Below, in pieces: positions 7,084 to 14,252 of a stretch of 16,699 nucleotides of DNA. The position numbers and the translations under genes are program-made. The notes beneath the pieces are model-generated. The model did no database searches. It saw nothing but the letters and a program-made list of their open reading frames with translations, and was not told the origin of the DNA. Source of the stretch: Candidatus Methylomirabilia bacterium (lineage in GTDB: Bacteria > Methylomirabilota > Methylomirabilia > Rokubacteriales > CSP1-6). The stretch spans positions 1-16,699 of the forward strand of contig JBHIBG010000059.1 of assembly GCA_046758965.1 (NCBI GenBank), given 5' to 3'. Numbering within the stretch: the stretch's first letter is position 1; each line of letters begins with the position of its first letter.

Positions 7084-7842
7084 CTAGCGGAACAGATCGC
7101 GGGAAGGATCCCTGAGCAGCGCCTTGGAGCTCGTTTCGCCGCGCTCGAGGCCAAGCCCCCGGACGATGGCCACCGGGATTCGGGCGAGCTTGCCCATGAC
7201 CAGCTCTGCGGCCCCGGCGAGCTCGTCAGCTACCGCCAGCACCGTAGCCTGGAGCACGTGGCCCGCGGGGTCGCGCTCGCCCAGGTGGCTTCTGATCGGC
7301 TGGATCCCCGCCACGCCAATGGCGACGTTGGTGAGCCCCTCCCGCCACGGTCGGCCGAAGGTGTCCGACACGATCACGGCAATCTCCTGGCCGGTGAGGC
7401 CCCGGATCCGCTCGCGCAGAGAGTGGGCTGAACGGTCAGGGTCCTCGGGGAGGAGGGATGCCGTGTCCAGGTCTACGTTGGACTGGTCCACGCCCCCGTT
7501 AGCGCAGATCCACCCGTGCCGCGTCTCGACGATCAGGATTCCCTTGTCCATCCTCACCACCCGGCGCGACTCGCTCAGGATCAGCTCCACGACCCTCGGA
7601 TCGCGTCCGAGTTCGTGGGCCATGGCGAGGGCAGCGGCCGACGGCGTGACCGCCGTGAGATGCACGAGCCGCCCCTCCGCCTTCGAAAGGATCTTCTGAC
7701 TCACGACCAGACAGTCGCACTCCTCAAGCGGGGTGCCCTGACGAGTCCCCGCCTCGACGATGAGCCGGCCCAGATCGTCTCCCTGTCGGATCTCCGGAAG
7801 GCCTTGGATGCCGATGACTTCGAAGCGGGGGGCCATCGTCAC
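7084..7842 (-). CDS. cofE: Coenzyme F420-0:L-glutamate ligase, single domain
   Basis: GLPEIxxGDDL, SQKILSKAEGR, ANGGVDQSN, DTFGRPWREG and DELAGAAELVMGK, ending DLFR. The start is GTG 7842 (GTGA overlap with the cofC stop) or ATG 7836. Confidence 0.96.
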   Translation of the reverse strand: MTMAPRFEVIGIQGLPEIRQGDDLGRLIVEAGTRQGTPLEECDCLVVSQKILSKAEGRLVHLTAVTPSAAALAMAHELGRDPRVVELILSESRRVVRMDKGILIVETRHGWICANGGVDQSNVDLDTASLLPEDPDRSAHSLRERIRGLTGQEIAVIVSDTFGRPWREGLTNVAIGVAGIQPIRSHLGERDPAGHVLQATVLAVADELAGAAELVMGKLARIPVAIVRGLGLERGETSSKALLRDPSRDLFR

Positions 7843-8492
7843 GGGTCCAGGCGCGAGGCGATCCCCAGAGCTCGGATGAGGCAAGAACTTCGCGTGCTCC
7901 TCTCGCTCGTCAGGAGAGCCCGGAGATCCTCCGGTCCGTCTACGTCAAGACCGAGACCCGGGAGGCGAAGGACCACGGGCTCCAACCCCTGCTGCCGCGC
8001 GGCGGTCAGGTGATTGACGAAGGAAGGCTCCCCGAACTTGAGCCTCATGAGGTTGGGTGGGGAGAGCAACACGCCGTTGGTTCCAACGCCGGACCGCGAC
8101 GGAACAAATACCACGCCCGGCTCCGAAGCTGCCGCCGCCAGCAGTGCGGCAACTTCTTCCGGAGCGATCTGGGGCACATCTCCCGGGACGGTCATGAACC
8201 GCCGGGCCCCGCGCTCTGCTGCCACGCGCTGGGCCAGCGCGACCGCCTCGCTGTGGCCTTGGGGTTCCCCTTCCTCCAGGATGATGACGGGGAACTGCTG
8301 AGCCAGGGCCGTGACCTCCGGGTCTCTGGTCACCACCAGGACGCTCTCGAGGCCCGCCGCCGCCAGCACGTCGAGCACGTCCTCGAGCATGGTCCGGGCC
8401 AGCGCCCGCCGCTCCGCATCGGCGAGCACCGTGACGAGCCGCTGCTTGGCGTTCTCCAGGTCCTTGGCAGGGACTGCCGCGACCGTCCTCAC
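7839..8492 (-). CDS. cofC: 2-phospho-L-lactate/phosphoenolpyruvate guanylyltransferase
   Basis: VPAKDLENAKQRL, MLEDVL, PGDVP, GTNG, FGEPSFxxH and LDVDGPEDL. GTG 8492 overlaps the cofD stop (GTGA), with GGAGG upstream. Confidence 0.94.
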   Translation of the reverse strand: MRTVAAVPAKDLENAKQRLVTVLADAERRALARTMLEDVLDVLAAAGLESVLVVTRDPEVTALAQQFPVIILEEGEPQGHSEAVALAQRVAAERGARRFMTVPGDVPQIAPEEVAALLAAAASEPGVVFVPSRSGVGTNGVLLSPPNLMRLKFGEPSFVNHLTAARQQGLEPVVLRLPGLGLDVDGPEDLRALLTSERSTRSSCLIRALGIASRLDP

Positions 8493-9412
8493 CCGACCGC
8501 CTCCAGCACGACGCGCGCCAGCGCCACCTCCCGCTGCCGATCGGTCATGAGCGTGTCCGCCGGGACCGGAGAGACCCCGAGCCCCTGAAGTTCGTCCGTG
8601 AGCCCCCGATCCCGGTAGTCCACCACCATCACATCTAGCCAATTCCGATAGGCCCTCGCCACGCCGGCTGCCGACACCGGCAGCCCCCGCGCCGCCATCA
8701 ACGCGCCGGCAGGCCCGCTCACCGCCGCCCCTGCCACGATGGGGCTGATGGCTACCACCTGGGCGGGAGTCTCTTTCAGGGCCTCGACGACCCCCGGGAC
8801 CGCCAGGATCGGCCCGATCGAGGTGACAGGGTTAGAGGGGCAGATCACGACCGCCCGCGCCTCCTGAATCGCCTCAATCACTCCCGGCGCGGGCCGAGCC
8901 GCCTCGGCTCCCTCGTAAACGATATCCAGGATCTCCACCTGTCCTTTTTCTCTCACAAAGAACTCTTGGAAGGTAAGCCAGCCTGCCGGCGACCGGATTC
9001 TTGTCCTGACCGGTTGGTCCGACATGGGGAGGATCCGGCTTCGCACCCCGAAGGCTCGGCGGATCTGCTCGGTGACCGCGGAGGGCGTGAGTCCGCGCTG
9101 AAGTGACTCGGTCCGAACAAGGTGGGTGGCCAGGTCTCGATCCCCGAGGCTGAACCAGGTTTCCTGACCTAGGGTCGCCATGGCTCTGAGGCAGTGGAAG
9201 CTGTCGTCCCTGACCCCCCACCCTTTTGTGTCGTCGATCAGCCCTGCCAGCGTGTAGGTCAGAGTGTCCAGGTCAGGGGAGATACGGAGGCCCCACAGCT
9301 CGATGTCGTCGCCGGTATTGCCGACAACGGTCAGGCGGCCTTCGTCTATGAGCCTCACGAGCCCCCTGAGGAACTTGGCGGCACCGGTGCCGCCGGCGAG
9401 CGCGGTGATCAT
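8489..9412 (-). CDS. cofD: 2-phospho-L-lactate transferase (LPPG/EPPG:FO transferase)
   Basis: LAGGTGAAKFLRGL, NTGDD, SPDLDT, WFxLGDRDLATH, PSNPVTSIGPIL and VSGPA. Confidence 0.97.
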   Translation of the reverse strand: MITALAGGTGAAKFLRGLVRLIDEGRLTVVGNTGDDIELWGLRISPDLDTLTYTLAGLIDDTKGWGVRDDSFHCLRAMATLGQETWFSLGDRDLATHLVRTESLQRGLTPSAVTEQIRRAFGVRSRILPMSDQPVRTRIRSPAGWLTFQEFFVREKGQVEILDIVYEGAEAARPAPGVIEAIQEARAVVICPSNPVTSIGPILAVPGVVEALKETPAQVVAISPIVAGAAVSGPAGALMAARGLPVSAAGVARAYRNWLDVMVVDYRDRGLTDELQGLGVSPVPADTLMTDRQREVALARVVLEAVG

Positions 9413-9452
9413 TGGCGTTAAAACTCGGAAATACGGGGACCGAGAGGGGGAA

Positions 9453-10010
9453 TCAGCCTGGATTGTCCCTGTCTCGGGTGTCCGCTCGGCGGGAGGACCA
9501 AAGGGCGGATCCTCCCCGCCAGGCGAAGAGTCCCATCCCGGGGCGCCCCTTGAGCGTGGGGGGGAGGTCCGCTTCAGGCACCGGGATGAAGCCCAATCGG
9601 ACCCACACCCGGTCTAGCCCTTGGGGGCGGGCAAAGAGGGTCTGCACGCCCCTCGCCGTGGCATCAGGGAGGGCAGCGGTAAGAAGCTGGGCCGCCACCT
9701 CGATGGGATCTCCGGACTCCACGACCACCGGGCCGTGGATCAGGCCGGCGCTCCCGCTGCGCTCCACCATGAGCGCCCCAACCATGCTCCCCGGGGTCCC
9801 TCCTTGAGTGGCCCACGCACCCCACCCGATCTCGCCCTGGCCTGCCGGGGGAGCCCACAGGGCCGCATAGGCAAAAAGCCGTCGGGCCTCGGCGGAGCCG
9901 ACCGCGAGCGGTCGATACTCGACGCCGGGCGATGAACGGCCCTCTAGCTCAGACGCTGGGGCGGCCGGAGAGCGGGGGGGGGTGGTGGCCCGAGGGCCCT
10001 TACTTCCCAA
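9453..10010 (-). CDS. Hypothetical protein with a degenerate GNAT-like fold
   Basis: VGALMVERSGSAGLIHGPVV...AAQLL...ATARGVQTLF...WVRLGF follows the GNAT beta3-beta4-alpha3-beta5-alpha4 pattern. The start is uncertain (TTG 10010 or ATG 9785). Confidence 0.6.
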   Translation of the reverse strand: MGSKGPRATTPPRSPAAPASELEGRSSPGVEYRPLAVGSAEARRLFAYAALWAPPAGQGEIGWGAWATQGGTPGSMVGALMVERSGSAGLIHGPVVVESGDPIEVAAQLLTAALPDATARGVQTLFARPQGLDRVWVRLGFIPVPEADLPPTLKGRPGMGLFAWRGGSALWSSRRADTRDRDNPG

Positions 10011-10284
10011 GCACCGCGTCCTTCAGCGCCTTGGCGATCCGGAACTTCACGACCCGCTTGGCGGGAATCCTGATCGGCTCGCCGGTCTGCGGGTTGCGCC
10101 CCATGCGCGCCTTGCGGTTGGCGAGGACGAGCTTACCGAACCCGGGGAGCACGAATCCATTCTTCGCTTCCTTTGTGGCCAGGGCGAGCAAGTACTCCAA
10201 GAACTCCGAGACCTGCCGCTTGGAAAGCTTCGACTTTTGGGAGAGGAATCCGATGATAGCTGACTTGGTCATCTGCTTTGCCAT
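10000..10284 (-). CDS. HU-family nucleoid-associated DNA-binding protein
   Basis: MTKS..., LPGFGKL and RKARMGRNPQTGEPIRIPAKRVVKFR; strong SD GAGGAGGAGG. Confidence 0.97.
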   Translation of the reverse strand: MAKQMTKSAIIGFLSQKSKLSKRQVSEFLEYLLALATKEAKNGFVLPGFGKLVLANRKARMGRNPQTGEPIRIPAKRVVKFRIAKALKDAVLGK

Positions 10285-10337
10285 GAGTGCCTCCTCCTCA
10301 GGTTGAAGGTGTGGGTTGCCAGTGGGGCTCGGGGTGT

Positions 10338-10365
10338 ATTGTAGCCATTAGCGCGGGGATGGCAA
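10338..10365 (-). promoter_or_regulatory. Putative internal sigma70 promoter upstream of the HU gene
   Basis: TTGCCA (10365-10360)-N16-TACAAT (10343-10338), straddling the cofH stop. Confidence 0.55.
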
Positions 10366-11634
10366 GAGGGATCTCTCGCCCTGATCCCGTGGGTGGGTGA
10401 AGCGGAACTCCGCCGCCGCCGCGAGCTTCCGGTAGGAGCCGAATCGCGCCTCGGCGTCCTCGACTCGGTCCAACGGGCTCTCCTCTTCGTCATCGCCGTA
10501 CCGCTTCAGGATCTCGTACGTGGTACTCCGCTGGGCTGGGATGCGCCCCGCCGCCCGGATCATCCGACGGAGTTCGGCAGGTGGGACGAGCTGGCCGTGG
10601 GGAGCCCCTGCCGAGGTGGAGATGGACTCGTTCATCAGTGTCCCGCCCAGGTCATTGGCGCCGCAGGCCAAGAGGTACTGGGCGAGCTTGGCACCCTCCT
10701 TCACCCACGAGGACTGGATGTTCTTGAACGTGGGGCCCAGGAAGAGGCGAGCCAGGGCGTGCATCTTGACGACCTCGTCGCCGGTAGCTCCCCGGCGGGC
10801 TCCCGGGACGAGACCTCGTCGCCACATGGGAGCCTCATGGTGGACGAACGAGAGCGGGACAAACTCCGTGAAGCCCCCGGTCTGCCGCTGGATGGATCGG
10901 AGAAGGTCCATGTGCCTGATCCAGTGCGCCGGAGTCTCGACGTGCCCGTACATGATTGTGGAGGTGGTTCGGATCCCGAGCGCGTGGGCGGTGGTGATCA
11001 CCTCGATCCACTGCCGAGTGGAGATCCGTCCCTTCGAGATCACCTCCCGCACCTCGTCATCCAGGATCTCCGCCGAGGTTCCGGGCAGCGTCCCGATGCC
11101 GGCGGCTTTGAGCTCGCGGAGGTAGTCACGGATCGGCACGCCGGAGCGGATGGAGCCGTAGAGAATCTCCTCCGGGGAGAAGGCGTGGAGGTGGATCTCC
11201 GGGAGCGCCTGCTTGATGGCCCGGCAGAGGTCGACGTAGTAGGTCCCCGGAAGCTTGGGCGCGAGCCCCGCCTGGATGCAAACCTCCGTGGCCCCTAGCT
11301 CCCAGGCCTCCCGGGCTCGGCGGACGACCTCCTCCACAGGAAGAAAGTAGCCTTCCTCCTCCCGGTGGTCCCGGCTGAAGGCGCAGAAGGTGCAGTGCTT
11401 GATGCACACGTTGGTGAAGTTGACGTTCCGGTTTACCACATAGGTGACAGTGTCTCCCACCTCTCGCCGCCTGAGCTCGTCGGCTATCAGCGTGAGGGCG
11501 TGAAGCTCCCGTCCCGCGCATTCGGTGAGGCGCACGGCTTCTGCCGCGGTCAGCTCGTGCCCTTCCAGGGCCCGGGCGAGAATGATCCGGATCTCTTTCT
11601 GAACCCAGTTGAGCGTGCTTACCATGTTCTCCAC
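10348..11634 (-). CDS. cofH: FO synthase subunit CofH (radical SAM, tyrosine:ribitylaminouracil 4-hydroxybenzyl transferase)
   Basis: NRNVNFTNVCIKHCTFC (CxxxCxxC), GATEVCIQ, PGTSAEILDD, TIMYGHVE, TGGFTEFVPL and GANDLGGTLMNESIS; adjacent to cofG. AGGAG lies 8 nt before GTG 11634. Confidence 0.96.
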   Translation of the reverse strand: MENMVSTLNWVQKEIRIILARALEGHELTAAEAVRLTECAGRELHALTLIADELRRREVGDTVTYVVNRNVNFTNVCIKHCTFCAFSRDHREEEGYFLPVEEVVRRAREAWELGATEVCIQAGLAPKLPGTYYVDLCRAIKQALPEIHLHAFSPEEILYGSIRSGVPIRDYLRELKAAGIGTLPGTSAEILDDEVREVISKGRISTRQWIEVITTAHALGIRTTSTIMYGHVETPAHWIRHMDLLRSIQRQTGGFTEFVPLSFVHHEAPMWRRGLVPGARRGATGDEVVKMHALARLFLGPTFKNIQSSWVKEGAKLAQYLLACGANDLGGTLMNESISTSAGAPHGQLVPPAELRRMIRAAGRIPAQRSTTYEILKRYGDDEEESPLDRVEDAEARFGSYRKLAAAAEFRFTHPRDQGERSLLPSPR

Positions 11635-12794
11635 TGTTCCAGCTCCTGTCTGACGTAGCCGTCGGCGTCGGTGTAGTGGCGGATGCGCGATCGAAGCGCC
11701 TCGGCAATGAACTCGACGCGCCCGGTGTATTCGGGGTAGATGGCGAGGCGCTCCCTGAAACCGTAGCCGGCGGCCTCCGTGGCCGACCGGAGTTTCACGA
11801 TGCGGGGCCAGGGCACCTCGGGGTTGATGTGATCCAGGGTCAGCGGGGAGATCCCGCCCCAGTCGTTGAGCCCCGCGCTGAGCAGCCGCGGGTACGTCTC
11901 CGGAGAGAGGTTGGGCGGCGCCTGGAGGTTCATGGTGGGGGCGATGAGCAGGCGCGCCACCGCGACCGTCCGGAGCATGTCACCGGCGGAGGGCTCCGGC
12001 TGGTGACGCATGGGAATCTCCGGCTTGGCCCGGAAGTTCTGGATGATTACCTCCTGAATGTGGCCGTAGCGGTCGGCGAGATCACGGATCGCCAGGAGAG
12101 AGTCTACGCGCTCCACTAGGGTCTCGCCGATCCCGATCAGGATCCCCGTGGTGAACGGAATCTGGAGCTTTCCGGCCAACTCGATAGTCCGGAGCCGCTT
12201 GGCAGGGAGCTTGTCCGGCGCCCGATCGTGAGCGCTGCCGGCTTCGAGGAGCCGCTCGGAGACCGTCTCAAGCATGAGCCCCATCGACACGTTCACCTCG
12301 CGGAGAGCCGCGAGGTCTCGTTCTGCCATCAGGCCGGGGTTGGCGTGGGGGAGAAGCGGGGATTCCTTGAGCACCAGCTCGCACATCTCCCGGAGGTAGC
12401 TGAGGGTAGTCCGGTGTCCCATCCTCCTGAGAAGAGCGCGGTGCTCGGGGAAGACCGCCTCGGGTTTGTCCCCCAGGGAGAAGAGCGCCTCCTTGCACCC
12501 GAGGCGGGCTCCGGCCTGAACGAGGGCCACCACATCCTCCGGCATCATGGTATGGGCGCCGGGGTCTCCCGGGTCCTTCCTGAACGTGCAGTAGCCGCAG
12601 TAGTCACGGCAGAGGGTGGTCAGGGGAACGAACACTTTCTTGGAGAAAGTGATCCTCCGGCCTCGCCCTTGATCTCGGAGCGATGAGGCGGCGGCGAGGA
12701 GCTCGGGCAGGCGCTGATCGGGAAGGGCCAGGAGCGCGATGGCGTCCTCGCGGGTGATCGGGCTCCCAGCCATCGCCCGTGCGAGCGCCCTCAT
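11619..12794 (-). CDS. cofG: FO synthase subunit CofG (radical SAM)
   Basis: TFSKKVFVPLTTLCRDYCGYC, LPHANPG, PFTTGILIGIGET, QEVIIQNFRAK, QAPPNL and DWGGISPLTxDHINPE. ATG 12794 is in an ATGA overlap with the upstream stop. Confidence 0.97.
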   Translation of the reverse strand: MRALARAMAGSPITREDAIALLALPDQRLPELLAAASSLRDQGRGRRITFSKKVFVPLTTLCRDYCGYCTFRKDPGDPGAHTMMPEDVVALVQAGARLGCKEALFSLGDKPEAVFPEHRALLRRMGHRTTLSYLREMCELVLKESPLLPHANPGLMAERDLAALREVNVSMGLMLETVSERLLEAGSAHDRAPDKLPAKRLRTIELAGKLQIPFTTGILIGIGETLVERVDSLLAIRDLADRYGHIQEVIIQNFRAKPEIPMRHQPEPSAGDMLRTVAVARLLIAPTMNLQAPPNLSPETYPRLLSAGLNDWGGISPLTLDHINPEVPWPRIVKLRSATEAAGYGFRERLAIYPEYTGRVEFIAEALRSRIRHYTDADGYVRQELEQWRTW

Positions 12795-13228
12795 GCCGCA
12801 GAGCCCCACTGGACCACCCGCTCAGGGGTGATCTTGATGACCAGTCCCGAACCCCGATCGAGTCCCATCACCCGGTACTGGGGGTACTTGCCGAGGAGCA
12901 GGTCCACGGCCCGGCTGAACTCCGGTCCGCCGGTCAGAAGCTCGGCGCAGCCGTGGAGGATGACGTACCGGAGGCGGTTCCAGTCCTCGTCGTAGTGGTC
13001 CACCACCAAGCAGACGCGCGGATTCTCCCGGATGTTTCGGACCCGCTTGAGCTGGTCGGCTGGATTTCGTTTGGGCTTGGCGTCCAGGGCCGAGTAGCAA
13101 TGCCGCCCGTCGAAGGCGTAGCAGACGGGAACCACGAGTGGACGTCCCGTGGTGTCGGCCGTTGCGAGCCGGGCCACCCGCTCCGTCAGAAGGAACTCCT
13201 CAACGCTCGAAGGGACAGTGGAGCTCAT
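12791..13228 (-). CDS. PPOX-class (split beta-barrel) putative F420-dependent oxidoreductase, Rv0121/TIGR03668-like
   Basis: RVARLAT, PxVVPVCYA, DAKPK and LKRVRNIRENPRVCLVVDHYDEDW; first gene of the F420 operon. Confidence 0.9.
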   Translation of the reverse strand: MSSTVPSSVEEFLLTERVARLATADTTGRPLVVPVCYAFDGRHCYSALDAKPKRNPADQLKRVRNIRENPRVCLVVDHYDEDWNRLRYVILHGCAELLTGGPEFSRAVDLLLGKYPQYRVMGLDRGSGLVIKITPERVVQWGSAA

Positions 13229-13242
13229 GAGGGGAGGGGTCT

Positions 13243-13271
13243 ATGGTAGGCTAACCCTCGAGAGTTTGCAA
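13243..13271 (-). promoter_or_regulatory. Putative sigma70 promoter of the F420 operon
   Basis: TTGCAA (13271-13266)-N17-TACCAT (13248-13243), ending 14 nt before ATG 13228. Confidence 0.65.
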
Positions 13272-13300
13272 CGTTCTCTCCTTGCGCGACCGGGTGCCCG

Positions 13301-14245
13301 GTGGTATCTCTCTCTGCCGTGGCCCATGTCTTCAGGCGTCACCTCACGGTTTCCAGACCGTTCTCCCTGAAGGGGACTGTCCTGGGCTACGGCTATTATC
13401 AGCTCCCGCCTGTCCAATGGGACGGCTCCGTGCTCAGGCGTGCTGAGCCGCTCGACGGTCGTGTCTCCCTCCTTGAGGTGCGGGAGCGAGCGGTTCGGTC
13501 GTCGAAACAGGCGGAGGTCAGAGTCTCCATCTTCTCTGACGTCCCCCGGCCGTTCACCGCACAGGAAGAGCTCGTGAGGCGAACGCGGACGATGCTGAGG
13601 CTGGACGAAGACCTGAGGGGATTCTACGCTCTCTGCCGCCGGGAACCGCGGCTCCGGCTGGTCCCACGCCTGGGTCTCGGTCGGTTGCTCAGGGGCACGA
13701 GCCTGTTCGAGGACCTCGTGAAGACGATCGCTTGGACCAACACCACCTGGCTGCAGGCGGTGAGGATGATCCGGCGGCTGGGAGATCTTGGAGACCCGTG
13801 CCCCATCGCGCCCATGTGTCGGACGTGGCCCAGCCCGGCCCGGATCTTGGAGGCCGGCTCGCGTTACCTGGAGCGCGAGGCCAGGCTCGGATATCGGGTT
13901 CCCTACATCCTCGAGTTGGCCGAGCGGGTCATCACGGGCGACCTTGATCTGGCTGAGATCGAGGGTACCCACGACTCGGGAGAGCGAGCCCGGACCCTCT
14001 TGAGAATCAAGGGCGTCGGGCCGGCTTCCGTGGCCTACCTCCAGGCCATGCTGGGGCACTATGACCGCCCGGTTCTCGACAGCGCCACGCTCGCCTACCT
14101 GGCGACGGCCCATTTTCGGCGGCGGCCGACCGCCAGGCAGGTCGAGCGCCGGATTGCCCGCTACGGCCGCTGGAAGGGGCTAGCCCTCTGGTTTGACTAC
14201 TGGATCGGGTCGGGTCGAGGCAAGCAATATGGACTGGTGCGGTGA
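13301..14245 (+). CDS. HhH-GPD superfamily DNA glycosylase (AlkA/OGG-like)
   Basis: LFEDLVKTI, RLGYR, HhH motif LLRIKGVGPASVAYL, downstream Asp in PVLDS, and C-terminal YGRWKGLALW. The start is uncertain (GTG 13301 or 13319). Confidence 0.87.
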   Translation: MVSLSAVAHVFRRHLTVSRPFSLKGTVLGYGYYQLPPVQWDGSVLRRAEPLDGRVSLLEVRERAVRSSKQAEVRVSIFSDVPRPFTAQEELVRRTRTMLRLDEDLRGFYALCRREPRLRLVPRLGLGRLLRGTSLFEDLVKTIAWTNTTWLQAVRMIRRLGDLGDPCPIAPMCRTWPSPARILEAGSRYLEREARLGYRVPYILELAERVITGDLDLAEIEGTHDSGERARTLLRIKGVGPASVAYLQAMLGHYDRPVLDSATLAYLATAHFRRRPTARQVERRIARYGRWKGLALWFDYWIGSGRGKQYGLVR

Positions 14246-14252
14246 CAGCGCG

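Noticed and set aside
10348..11634. MqnC/MqnE (futalosine pathway) identity for this radical SAM gene
   Set aside because: The TGGFTEFVPL and GGTLMNESIS motifs and the position beside cofG, cofD, cofC and cofE favour CofH.
5447..14113. Long antisense ORFs (e.g. 5447-6439, 10393-11298, 13241-14113)
   Set aside because: They are shadows of well-supported genes, expected from stop-codon scarcity in GC-rich DNA, and carry no motifs.
13301..14245. Functional link between FO (photolyase antenna) and the divergent DNA-repair gene
   Set aside because: The gene is an HhH-GPD glycosylase, not a photolyase. No deazaflavin use is known for this family, and adjacency is the only evidence.
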